The notes under the pieces: generated by a model
The model's input: the letters and a program-made list of their open reading frames with translations, nothing else
Database searches by the model: none
Told to the model about the DNA's origin: nothing
Part shown: in pieces, positions 1 to 10,845 of the stretch
Numbering within the stretch: the first letter of the stretch is position 1
Layout: the number at the start of each line of letters is the position of its first letter
Position numbers and translations under genes: made by a program
NCBI GenBank assembly: GCA_001600815.1
Contig: BCKZ01000011.1
Location: 124,001 to 147,269, forward strand
DNA from: Alloascoidea hylecoeti
Taxonomy: Eukaryota
Length of the DNA: 23,269 nucleotides
Direction: 5' to 3'

Positions 1-232
1 GACACAATATGATTTGGAAAGTCAAGAAACTAAATATGAACGAACTATAAATATTAAAATACCTTCAATCACTTCCAACTTATCACCAAATTTTCAATCT
101 TGCTACTTTTCAAGATTTTACGAATTGGAATTTAAAATTGAATTGAGATCTCAAACTCCTTTCCCCAAAGTAAGCATCATTGAAGAAACTTATAGTTTAC
201 AACATGCTATAAGCTATATTGTGTATATGTAA
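1..232 (+). pseudogene. Truncated, internally deleted copy of the Bul1/arrestin-like gene at the right end of the window (C-terminal fragment)
   Basis: Bases 1-191 match the reverse complement of 23117-22927 with 4 substitutions (3 non-synonymous). The sequence then jumps to the equivalent of 22628, a 298-bp deletion with AACTT at both breakpoints, giving an aberrant tail and a stop at 232. Confidence 0.8.
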
Positions 233-473
233 CAAAATGTGAAATAACTAGTATACGTCATATTTGATGTATTGATGATAATTGTAATTTACGATATAAC
301 TTTATATTATCTATTATATATTGATAAGCTTCTTGATTTTCACAAATGTATGAATCAAAGTTCAAAGTTTGTGTTAATGACAGCTGATTCAATAGTCCGA
401 TTTAGATTGATAATACATAACAGATATTATTGGTTATGTTTTAATTTTAATAATATTCCCAATAACAGACTCC
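1..473. repeat. Inverted segmental duplication: 1-473 matches the reverse complement of 23117-22349, minus the 298-bp deletion
   Basis: By-eye alignment of the coding part plus about 280 bp of 3' flank (e.g. gtaacaaaatgtgaaataactagtatacgtc, cagatattattggttatgtttt). Homology ends at aataacagactcc (473). Confidence 0.9.
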
Positions 474-1485
474 ACTACTATATTTCTAAATATTACTATT
501 TGATTCTAAATATAAAAAGACGATTAAAAGTCATATAAAATGCTTTTGTGATTTTTCCAACGTTAACATCGTTTGTTATATATAAACATGTATGGAATAT
601 TTAAATGAGAGGTTATACTTAACTTATATATCGAAACCAATCTATTATTATACTTCAATATATATCCTCTACTTTTCTTAATTTATTTACTTTATTAACA
701 TGTTTGATACAGAAATGACAGAAGTTAACAGTACTATTTACTCTCAGGTGATAAGCAATTCACATATATCATGTTAATGATATAGGTATAATATATCAAA
801 TCGGAAATATATTACTATAATGAATAAAAGAAGCACAAATGAATATAGATAAACAAATTGTGGGTTAGATGAAGCAATGTGGGTTAGGAATAGTAAGTTA
901 AATATAAAATTAAATATATTACTAATAAAATATTAAAGCTTCTGATAATTCCTAATAAATTATATATATATAAGCCATCTTTTGTATAATGGAAGATGAA
1001 GGGAGAAAAAAATAAAGTTATGAATATATTAAGTTAAATAGGCAAAACCTAATTTCTTTTATACTAGAGGTTTTTAATTTGATAGTAAGTACTGAATAAC
1101 CTTTTTTTTCTAAAGAAATTACTATCAAGGAAGAAAATTCCAAATCCTGGAAGAATAAAATAACTTTTTAGATATAATGTTCGAATAAAAAGTTATAATC
1201 ATGACCAATGAGCTCCATAGACCAACTGACAAGTCTTTATAAATCCCATTTTCTTTTCCTAGAACTTCATTGACTTGTGTTTCATATATCTTATTTAATA
1301 TATAGCCCTCTACACATGAAGAGAGACCCTTCATTACGAACTATGGGACATGGACCTCATCCAGGGAAATAATTACAATATTAATTCCAATTGCAATGCT
1401 TCAGGTGTTCCTGATAACTCAATCGAACACCTGGATATTTCTGATTTGAACGCGTTCAGAACTCAAACCCCAACTCCAAATCTTG

Positions 1486-1585
1486 NNNNNNNNNNNNNNN
1501 NNNNNNNNNNNNNNNNNNNNNNNNNNNNNNNNNNNNNNNNNNNNNNNNNNNNNNNNNNNNNNNNNNNNNNNNNNNNNNNNNNNNN
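1486..1585. other. Assembly gap (100 N)
   Basis: Run of N. Confidence 1.
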
Positions 1586-1795
1586 CAAGAAACTAAATAT
1601 GAACGAACTATAAATATTAAAATACCTTCAATCACTTCCAACTTATCACCAAATTTTCAATCTTGCTACTTTTCAAGATTTTACGAATTGGAATTTAAAA
1701 TTGAATTGAGATCTCAAACTCCTTTCCCCAAAGTAAGCATCATTGAAGAAACTTATAGTTTACAACATGCTATAAGCTATATTGTGTATATGTAA
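1586..1795 (+). pseudogene. Second (duplicated) copy of the deleted Bul1/arrestin-like fragment
   Basis: Identical to 23-232. Confidence 0.65.
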
Positions 1796-2897
1796 CAAAA
1801 TGTGAAATAACTAGTATACGTCATATTTGATGTATTGATGATAATTGTAATTTACGATATAACTTTATATTATCTATTATATATTGATAAGCTTCTTGAT
1901 TTTCACAAATGTATGAATCAAAGTTCAAAGTTTGTGTTAATGACAGCTGATTCAATAGTCCGATTTAGATTGATAATACATAACAGATATTATTGGTTAT
2001 GTTTTAATTTTAATAATATTCCCAATAACAGACTCCACTACTATATTTCTAAATATTACTATTTGATTCTAAATATAAAAAGACGATTAAAAGTCATATA
2101 AAATGCTTTTGTGATTTTTCCAACGTTAACATCGTTTGTTATATATAAACATGTATGGAATATTTAAATGAGAGGTTATACTTAACTTATATATCGAAAC
2201 CAATCTATTATTATACTTCAATATATATCCTCTACTTTTCTTAATTTATTTACTTTATTAACATGTTTGATACAGAAATGACAGAAGTTAACAGTACTAT
2301 TTACTCTCAGGTGATAAGCAATTCACATATATCATGTTAATGATATAGGTATAATATATCAAATCGGAAATATATTACTATAATGAATAAAAGAAGCACA
2401 AATGAATATAGATAAACAAATTGTGGGTTAGATGAAGCAATGTGGGTTAGGAATAGTAAGTTAAATATAAAATTAAATATATTACTAATAAAATATTAAA
2501 GCTTCTGATAATTCCTAATAAATTATATATATATAAGCCATCTTTTGTATAATGGAAGATGAAGGGAGAAAAAAATAAAGTTATGAATATATTAAGTTAA
2601 ATAGGCAAAACCTAATTTCTTTTATACTAGAGGTTTTTAATTTGATAGTAAGTACTGAATAACCTTTTTTTTCTAAAGAAATTACTATCAAGGAAGAAAA
2701 TTCCAAATCCTGGAAGAATAAAATAACTTTTTAGATATAATGTTCGAATAAAAAGTTATAATCATGACCAATGAGCTCCATAGACCAACTGACAAGTCTT
2801 TATAAATCCCATTTTCTTTTCCTAGAACTTCATTGACTTGTGTTTCATATATCTTATTTAATATATAGCCCTCTACACATGAAGAGAGACCCTTCAT

Positions 2898-3280
2898 TAC
2901 GAACTATGGGACATGGACCTCATCCAGGGAAATAATTACAATATTAATTCCANTTGCAATGCTTCAGGTGTTCCTGATAACTCAATCGAACACCTGGATA
3001 TTTCTGATTTGAACGCGTTCAGAACTCAAACCCCAACTCCAAATCTTGCTGAAGATTCAATTGAATTTGATTGCGACCAAGATGATCCTGAAACTCACGA
3101 CCCACAATCAAATTCAATTGAATCTTCAGCAAGATTTGGAGTTGGGGTTTGAGTTCTGAACGCGTTCAAATCAGAAATATCCAGGTGTTCGATTGAGTTA
3201 TCAGGAACACCTGAAGCATTGCAACTGGAATTAATATTGTAATTATTTCCCTGGATGAGGTCCATGTCCCGTAGTTCATA
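2898..3280. repeat. Long inverted repeat: 176-bp arms (2898-3073 and 3105-3280) with a 31-bp spacer
   Basis: The arms are reverse complements with mismatches at 2900 and 2907 plus the N at 2953. Both strands therefore encode MDLIQGNNYNINS...LAEDSIEFDC. Confidence 0.95.
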
Positions 3281-3307
3281 GGATTCAGATATTTTGTTGG
3301 ATTCCAT
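3095..3307 (-). pseudogene. Probable 5' end of a gene truncated by the fold-back (70 aa, acidic/polar, no recognisable domain)
   Basis: ATG at 3307 in a gaaATGg context. The frame is open through the whole right arm and stops just inside the spacer. Composition is more coding-like than the flanks. Confidence 0.4.
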
Positions 3308-4289
3308 TTCAATGTATATGATGGGAAGAATGTAGTCAGAGCTATTATTTATTTTGGTTTTTATACATTTACCCCTTTACATCAGTACTACATAATATTT
3401 GACTGGTCACCAATCCAGGGACTTTGAAAATTACAAGCCACAATTAAAAAATTTAACCATAGTTTCCAAATTGTAACCTACAACTTTCTTTACCTTTTTT
3501 AACTTTTAAAGCAAAGCCTATTCCAAACTATAGAATCTTCTTCCACAATCGGCAATGTAGTAACCTTATTCACACACATTTATTTTCATTTTTATTCCAT
3601 GTCAATGACAATGAATATCCGGGGTGGAAATAGAAAAATGTATCTGAAAACTTTGACCACTAATCAACAGAGTTCTTTTTGATTAACATTATTCTTGACT
3701 TGAAGTTGTACGTTGTTGCTCATTGGTTACCAAATTATACCATAAAATTTATAAGAAGCCAGTAAAATTAAAATTATATTGTGTAAGCTAGGTAGGTAGA
3801 TTTTATATGAGATGTGCCAACAGAAGGTGGGAAGTAAATTGAGATGTTATAAGATTCAATTGGGCATCGATAATGATCTTATTATGTGATGGCACCATAG
3901 AAATCTTGAAATATAACTTTGACGGCTATTTATGAAGTAATAAATTAGGCTATATATATAGGTATATAATTTTAGAAACATGTATTAAATTTATTATTAA
4001 AACTTATTCAGAATCAAAAGAAGGAAAACTTTTAAATATAATTGTTAACGATTGTAATGATGTTATAATTACAACTTCTCTACCGGCATTTAATTTGACT
4101 ATTTGCTAGCTATGGGAGCTAAATTCGTACACCACCTTAACCAGATTTCACAGAAATAGCAAAGTTTTTTCCCCCTTTCTTTTTGCTGGGTATTCTATAT
4201 ATTACACTCTTAGAACAGTTCACTAAAGGGTCGATTTGCTTTTTGGCGTAACTGGGAGAAACAGGTACTTAGAGCTTTATTATAAACAT

Positions 4290-5010
4290 TGGAATTTTTA
4301 GAATTTCAAATATTTCCCACTACAGTATTGAGTTCGTATAATAAGTAAGTATAACATAAACCTAATGTTACCTTAAGAAACGATATGTCACAACTCCAGG
4401 AAAAGACATTAAGATGAAGAATGTGATAGTTTATTATAAATCCCATAAATAATACTATAAGTTTATATATATATAATAATGATTAATAATTATAATTAAT
4501 ATAAAATAAAATGTTACATTGATATATTTTAATGGTTGAAATTAAGAAGATCATACGTAATAACGAATAAATATGAACCATAATATATTTAAATCTATAC
4601 AGAGCATCTATTAAGAATATTTTCGAATTTTATATAACAAGATCAAGAAGTAATCTGAATTTCCCTTTGTAATTGTATGTTCATCTTTTCTTGATTGAGA
4701 AATACTTTCATAACATTCATCAACACCCATGATATTAATGAGGGCATGATTATCACATCGATATCTATAACTATAATATGGAACAGAAAGAATCATAACG
4801 TTAAAATAACGGAATATAGTAATGCTATAGAGCAACTATAGCCATCCAGAGCTAATTGATAAGATCTTGCAATTATAGACAAATCAGTGTTATATTTGTA
4901 TAGATTGTTCAGAAATATCTTCACCAAAAATAAAAACTGGTATATCTTGAAGTAATACTCAAACCACACCATCTTCAATATGAGACTATAAAAGATCAAC
5001 CATCGATATA
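4290..5010 (+). repeat. Degenerate dispersed repeat, copy 1 (heavily deleted; boundaries approximate)
   Basis: aacctaatgttacc at 4359 = 15423 within an ~95-bp alignable block; ctttgtaattg at 4665 = 17633; weaker matches to 17810-18030 and 21910-21980. Confidence 0.55.
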
Positions 5011-5835
5011 TTTGTGTGAGTGTCTGATAATTAGTACCCGGGATGCTCGAATTTCAGTGAAAAATATTCATTATTAATAAGAACAAATTTTTAATACTGA
5101 ATATTTTTCACCAGAAATTGTTAAGAAGAGTGAGTATTTTTATCAATATTTTTATTGTAATTGAAATACTAATAATGATTACGTATGATTAAAGTTAACG
5201 AAAATCTGAATTTACAACAAAAAGTAGATAATTTTTAATTCGAGATGATATCGATGATGACCTTACATTTTTGTGATTACAATTTTTTGTAATTTCAAAC
5301 ACAAATACAAACGAAAAATAATAATTACTTTTTAAAACAACGACTCAAACTAAAATTAAAAAGAAGATTTCTAGAAACTTATCATATTAGAAGAATGAAG
5401 GTAAGAAGTAAATTTTACATGAATACAACCAACTCAATAAAAAAAAAAAAAAAAAAGATAGTTTTACGTTGATTTTCATTATAAAGTTGTTCCTTGAAAT
5501 AAGTTTTCCAAAATTAAACCAAATTTTACGGTCAAAAGTTGTTTTTTTAGAAAATAAGTTCTAATAATTTCGTCTTCTCTGGTAATAGTATATCTGATAC
5601 ACATAGACTTAAAGAGTCATGCGATTTAAAATATATATTCTTGCTGAATTACATGGGCTGATAATGATTTGTTAACGACATTAGTTTTAAGTGAAGCTGA
5701 AAGTGGAACTATTAAAATACTATTATTTTTTTTTTTTTTTTTTTTTTTATAAATCTGATAAGTGTTACTAGACTTCAAATTCCTAATTATATTATATTAT
5801 ATTATTAAACTATTAAACATTTAATCAAATACTAT

Positions 5836-7368
5836 TCAATTTTGTGTTGGAATAATAACTTCTTTTTCAAATTCATTTGAATCTTCACTTCTCCATAAAG
5901 ATGTAATTGTTTTATATTTAGTTAAAAATCTTAAACCAGAATCACCATAAAAATTTAAATCACCTAAGAAACTTTCTTTATTCCCAGTAAAAGAAAACAT
6001 TGGTAATGGAACAGGAATTGGTACATTAATACCTAATTGACCAACATTAATCTCATTTTGAAATTTATTTGCAATTGCACCAGATTTTGTAAAAATTGCT
6101 GCACCATTACCATATTTATTTGAATTAATTAATTCAATTGCTTCATTTAATGTATTTACTGATACAACTGATAAAACTGGACCAAATATTTCTTCATCAT
6201 AACATTTCATACCTGGTTTAACACCAGTAATAATAGTTGGACCTAAGAAATTACCATTTGGGAAATCTTTTGGTCTATAACCACGACCATCTAAAACGAT
6301 ATCACAACCTTCATCTTTAGCTGATTGAATAATATTTTCAATTCTTTTCAAAGATTCAGGGGTTATAACAGGACCTAAATCAGCCCCTTTTATAAATCCA
6401 GCATTTACATTTAATCTTTTTGCATTTTCAATTAAATCAGTAACCCATGATTTAGAAATTGGACCAACAGTAACAAGGACCGATAATGCCATACATCTTT
6501 GACCTGCGGCTCCAAAAGCGGCTCCAGCAATTGCATTTAAAGAATGATGTTTATTTGCATCAGGTAATAATATAGCATGATTTTTAGCTCCTAAATTTGC
6601 TTGAATACGTTTACCATTGGCGGTTCCACGTTTATAAATATATTCACCAACCTTATTTGAACCAACAAAAGAAATTGCTTTAATTTGAGGAGCATCAAGT
6701 ATAAAATTAACAGTATCTGATTTACCATGAATAATATTAACTAAACCTGGAGGACAACCAGCTTTTGCACATAATTCAGCAATAATCATTGTTGCACCAG
6801 GATCACGTTCTGAAGGTTTAACAATGATTGCATTACCAGTAACTATAGCCAAAGGAATTGACCATAGTGGAATCATTGCGGGGAAATTAAATGGACAAAT
6901 TGCAGCTACAACACCCAAGGGTTCACTAATCATTTTAGTTTCCATATCTTTTGAAACAATTAATGATTTGCTTGTCAATTGAGTAGTTATACCACAACTT
7001 GTTTCAGCAACTTGTAAACCACGTAGTACATCACCTTTTGCATCATCAAAAGTTTTACCTTGTTCTAAAACGATTGCCGCAGCAATTCTATCCCAATTTT
7101 CACGAATTAAATGAACTAAATTGAAAACAATCTGTTGTCTTTTTAAAATTGAGAATTGTTTAAAATTCAAAAATGCCTTTTGACATGATTCAACAGCTTT
7201 TTCCATTTCCAATTGAGTTGATTCAGGAACATAAGACACTATATTGTTTGTTGATGGATCATGGATTGGAATCCATTTTTGAGTAGTTGATTCGATCAAT
7301 TCATTATTAAGAAACCAAGGGGTTTTAGGCGGCGATGCGATTTTATCATGAGTAGTTGGATAAGACAT
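5836..7368 (-). CDS. Methylmalonate/malonate-semialdehyde dehydrogenase (CoA-acylating), ALDH6/MmsA family, 510 aa
   Basis: Family motifs [43 protein letters not shown] (catalytic Cys), [16 protein letters not shown]. aaaATG start, TGA stop, no introns needed. Confidence 0.96.
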   Translation of the reverse strand: MSYPTTHDKIASPPKTPWFLNNELIESTTQKWIPIHDPSTNNIVSYVPESTQLEMEKAVESCQKAFLNFKQFSILKRQQIVFNLVHLIRENWDRIAAAIVLEQGKTFDDAKGDVLRGLQVAETSCGITTQLTSKSLIVSKDMETKMISEPLGVVAAICPFNFPAMIPLWSIPLAIVTGNAIIVKPSERDPGATMIIAELCAKAGCPPGLVNIIHGKSDTVNFILDAPQIKAISFVGSNKVGEYIYKRGTANGKRIQANLGAKNHAILLPDANKHHSLNAIAGAAFGAAGQRCMALSVLVTVGPISKSWVTDLIENAKRLNVNAGFIKGADLGPVITPESLKRIENIIQSAKDEGCDIVLDGRGYRPKDFPNGNFLGPTIITGVKPGMKCYDEEIFGPVLSVVSVNTLNEAIELINSNKYGNGAAIFTKSGAIANKFQNEINVGQLGINVPIPVPLPMFSFTGNKESFLGDLNFYGDSGLRFLTKYKTITSLWRSEDSNEFEKEVIIPTQN

Positions 7369-7424
7369 TTTTAGTTGTAGCTTGGAGAAGGGAGAACTGA
7401 GAGATATAAAGGGGGGTTGATGGA

Positions 7425-7432
7425 TTTTTATA
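7425..7432 (-). promoter_or_regulatory. TATA box candidate for the MMSDH gene
   Basis: TATAAAAA on the minus strand about 57 bp upstream of the ATG, followed by a pyrimidine-rich leader. Confidence 0.55.
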
Positions 7433-7540
7433 GGGATTTACTAATATTAATTACGAAATGTGGGGAAATGCATCTCGTCGGGTCGGATGCCATAATATGA
7501 TTGCTTAAGCTTAGTCTTGAGCGCCGGTAACCGTCTAACG

Positions 7541-7582
7541 TTGGACGGCTAACTTTGGACGGCTAACTTTGGACGGCTAACG
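7541..7582. repeat. 14-bp tandem repeat x3 (TTGGACGGCTAACT/G) in the divergent promoter
   Basis: Units at 7541, 7555 and 7569, preceded by a partial CTAACG. Confidence 0.95.
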
Positions 7583-7654
7583 TTAATCATAACCATAATT
7601 ATATATATATATATATTATTAAATATCTTCTACATCACAGTCGCTGTGTATCTC

Positions 7655-7661
7655 CACGTGA
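7655..7661 (-). promoter_or_regulatory. Cbf1-type E-box TCACGTG
   Basis: CACGTGA on the plus strand; motif match only. Confidence 0.45.
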
Positions 7662-7674
7662 TCACAATGTTTGG

Positions 7675-7682
7675 TTACCCGG
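7675..7682 (+). promoter_or_regulatory. Reb1-type site TTACCCGG
   Basis: Exact consensus match about 200 bp upstream of the ILV2 ATG; motif match only. Confidence 0.5.
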
Positions 7683-7694
7683 CCTGTCACATGT

Positions 7695-7704
7695 CCGGTA
7701 ACGG
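7695..7704. promoter_or_regulatory. Leu3-type site CCG-N4-CGG (CCGGTAACGG)
   Basis: Fits the Leu3 everted-repeat consensus and lies upstream of ILV2, a known Leu3 target in S. cerevisiae. Confidence 0.65.
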
Positions 7705-7788
7705 CTTTGTTTCTTGTAAAATTTATAAAATTTCCGGGGAAAAAATATAATTTTTCATGTGCCGCTGCGTTCTGAGATTTACGCCCGT

Positions 7789-7795
7789 TGACTCA
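7789..7795 (+). promoter_or_regulatory. Gcn4/CpcA response element TGACTCA
   Basis: TTGACTCAT 95 bp upstream of an amino-acid biosynthesis gene. Confidence 0.65.
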
Positions 7796-7883
7796 TCTTT
7801 TGATGCATATGGAAAACATTTAAAATCCTCCAAAACCTCCTAAATCTTCTTTTTCCATTGGTAGTCAAAATCTATTTGTGAAC

Positions 7884-9938
7884 ATGCTTGCCATATCTAG
7901 AAATGCTCTGAGATCCACGCGATCCGCCGCATCTGTTAAGTGTTTATCATCGTCTTTCAAATGTGTATCATCTCGCTATTTTTCTTCTTCCCTCATCGCA
8001 TGTGAGAATTCTAAGGCCACAAATCCTGGACCAAGGCCTTATCCGTCTCCTTCTTTCAATTCGACACCGGAAGAGAAAATAAAACAACCTTCTCCTTTAG
8101 CACGCGATCCTTTACAGAAATCCGATGATTCTCTTGTTGGCTTAACTGGCGGTGAAATATTTCATGAGATGATGTTAAGACATAATGTCGATACTATCTT
8201 CGGTTATCCAGGTGGTGCAATTTTACCTGTTTTTGATGCTATCTATAACTCTCCACATTTTAAATTCATCTTGCCTCGTCATGAGCAAGGTGCTGGCCAT
8301 ATGGCTGAAGGTTATGCAAAGGCTTCTGGTAAACCTGGTGTTATTCTTGTTACTTCTGGTCCAGGTGCAACAAATATTATAACTCCTTTACAAGATGCAC
8401 TATCTGATGGTATACCGCTTATTGCCTTTTGTGGACAAGTTACAACAAGTGCAATTGGTACTGATGCTTTTCAAGAAGCTGATATTGTTGGAATATCAAG
8501 ATCATGTACAAAATGGAATGTTATGGTTAAATCAATTGCTGAATTACCAAAACGTATAAATGAAGCTTTTGAAATTGCAACTTCTGGTCGTCCTGGTCCC
8601 GTTTTAGTTGATTTACCAAAAGATGTAACTGCTGCAATCTTATCTCAATCAATTCCAATGGATTCAACTTTACCTTCAAATACTTTAGCTGAAATTACTA
8701 AAACTGCCGCTTCTGAATATCAATTACATTCAATTAAAAAAACTGCTGATTTAATAAATATTGCTAAAAAACCAATCATTTATGCTGGACAAGGTATTTT
8801 AATGTCTGAAAATGGACCAAAAATTTTAAAAGAATTAAGTGAAAAGGCTCAAATTCCTGTAACTACAACTTTACAAGGTTTAGGAGCTTTTGATGAATAT
8901 GATGAAAAATCTTTACATATGCTTGGTATGCATGGTTCAGCTTATGCTAATTTAGCAATGCAAAATGCCGATTTAATTTTAGCTTTAGGTGCAAGATTTG
9001 ATGATCGTGTAACTGGTAGTATACCAAAATTTGCACCACAAGCAAGAATTGCAGCTTTAGAAAATAGAGGTGGAATTGTTCATTTTGAAATTTCTCCAAA
9101 AAATATTAATAAAGTTGTTGAAGCAACTGAAGCTGTTGAAGGTGATGTAACAAGTAATTTAGAAAAATTATTACCATTAATTAATAAAATTGAAAAAATT
9201 GATAGAAAAGAATGGTTTAATGATATATCAAATTGGAAATTAAAATATCCTTTTAATTATCAAAAGGAAGAATCTAAAGATTCATTATTAAAACCACAAA
9301 CAATTATTTCAGAAATTAATAAATTAACTCATGAAAGAAAATTAAAACCAATTATAACAACTGGTGTTGGTCAACATCAAATGTGGACTGCTCAACATTA
9401 TAGATGGAGAACTCCACGTACAATGATTACATCTGGTGGATTAGGTACAATGGGGTTTGGTTTACCTGCTGCTATTGGTGCACAAGTTGCAAAACCTGAT
9501 TCAATTGTTATTGATATTGATGGTGATGCTTCTTTTAATATGACTTTAACTGAATTATCAACCGCTGTACAATTTAATATACCTATAAAAGTTGTTGTCT
9601 TAAATAATGAAGAACAAGGTATGGTTACACAATGGCAATCTTTATTCTATGAAGATCGTTATTCTCATACACATCAATCAAATCCTGATTTTATAAAATT
9701 AGCTGAATCAATGGGATTAAAAGGAATTAGAGTTTCAAAACAAGAAGAATTAAAACCTGCTTTAGAAGAATGGTTAGATTATAAAAAGGGTCCTATTTTA
9801 TTAGAAGTAATGGTTGATAAAAAAGTACCTGTTTTACCAATGGTACCTGCTGGTAAAGGTTTAGATGAATTTATTATATATGATGAACAAATTGAAAAGG
9901 AAAGGAAAATTTTAAGGAATCAAAGAACTGGTGGGAAA
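7884..9938 (+). CDS. ILV2: Acetolactate synthase catalytic subunit, mitochondrial (stop codon hidden in the gap)
   Basis: Motifs FGYPGGAILPVFD, RHEQGAGHMAEGYA, TSGPGATN, GTDAFQE, MLGMHG, GARFDDRVTG, GQHQMW and the ThDP motif GDASFNM...LNN. Arg/Ser-rich presequence from the ATG at 7884. Ends ...RTGGK, like the last residues of yeast Ilv2 (RTGGKH), so only about 2 codons are likely missing. Confidence 0.97.
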
Positions 9939-10102
9939 NNNNNNNNNNNNNNNNNNNNNNNNNNNNNNNNNNNNNNNNNNNNNNNNNNNNNNNNNNNNNN
10001 NNNNNNNNNNNNNNNNNNNNNNNNNNNNNNNNNNNNNNNNNNNNNNNNNNNNNNNNNNNNNNNNNNNNNNNNNNNNNNNNNNNNNNNNNNNNNNNNNNNN
10101 NN
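9939..10102. other. Assembly gap (164 N) next to a poly-T tract
   Basis: Run of N. Confidence 1.
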
Positions 10103-10359
10103 CCCTTTTTTTTTTTTTTTTTTGGTTTATCCTACTACTTTAATATTAATATAATGTATTTAAAAAGCACTTTTTTTTCTTTTTGCAATCTTAATTAATT
10201 TTACAATGAAAATATTAAAGATAAACAAACAACATTAGTATATAGTAAAAGTTTACTGATTATGTTCAATTAATATCTAATAATAATAAAACTACACAAT
10301 AAAAAACCATATAATTATTCATTATTTAGGATGTTAAACATGTAATTATTGTAGTTAAT

Positions 10360-10845
10360 GTATTAGATTAGTTATACCTTGGACCTGTAATTAACATCCA
10401 TGATCATATCATTAATTCGTTTTAATATCAGCCAATTTTATACTTAAATCTTCAAATTCAGATTAAATTACTATTCCATATAACTATAGATAACTGATAA
10501 CTCAGATTATAAACTCGAAAACCAAAACTGTAAAAGTTAAGGTGTCTGTTCACAAATTCTTAGTGTGATAAATAGTTATGTTATTATGGATATTTAATTT
10601 ATCATCATTATTTGATAAGAGACTTGACATTAATAAGTTCTTCAAAAGTAGGGTTTCTCATACGACATTTTTCCATTCTATATGGTGAAGTATACACAGT
10701 GATAAATCCTGTAACATATGATGAAATATTAGAAAAGGAATTCAGTTTGATTTTATAGAAAATAAAAATAGTTTGATTTGAAGTTGTAGGTTGAAGCTGA
10801 TTAGTTACCATATTAGAACAGATACTTGAAACTCATAAACACTAT
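10360..10845 (+). repeat. Degenerate dispersed repeat, copy 2 (boundaries approximate)
   Basis: aaaactgtaaaagttaagg at 10524 = 13484; tagtttgatttg block shared with ~13730 and ~16763; ttcaaattcagattaaat similar to 22197. Confidence 0.7.

Larger units (their letters stand above)
23..3048. repeat. Direct duplication 23-1485 = 1586-3048 flanking a 100-N gap; probable scaffolding artefact
   Basis: Constant offset of 1563. The copies look identical apart from an N at 2953 and both abut the gap. The ORF track shows identical ORF pairs (272/1835, 1125/2688, 1350/2913). Confidence 0.9.

Noticed and set aside
272..538. 88-aa ORF (and its copy 1835-2101)
   Set aside because: TTG start, AT-rich composition, and it lies in the duplicated 3' flank of the Bul1-like gene, where the other copy has indels
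7541..7582. CRISPR-like or telomeric repeat
   Set aside because: Three spacerless 14-bp units inside a eukaryotic promoter; no spacers or cas genes, and not at a sequence end
7884..9938. ILV2 as a self-resistance gene of a secondary-metabolite cluster
   Set aside because: No PKS, NRPS, tailoring enzymes or transporter in the window; the sequence and promoter look like the housekeeping copy
7878..10154. 758-aa ILV2 ORF with a GTG start and a long C-terminal extension
   Set aside because: The ATG at 7884 is the natural eukaryotic start. The extension is read-through of the N gap and poly-T, since the protein is already at its conserved end (RTGGK).
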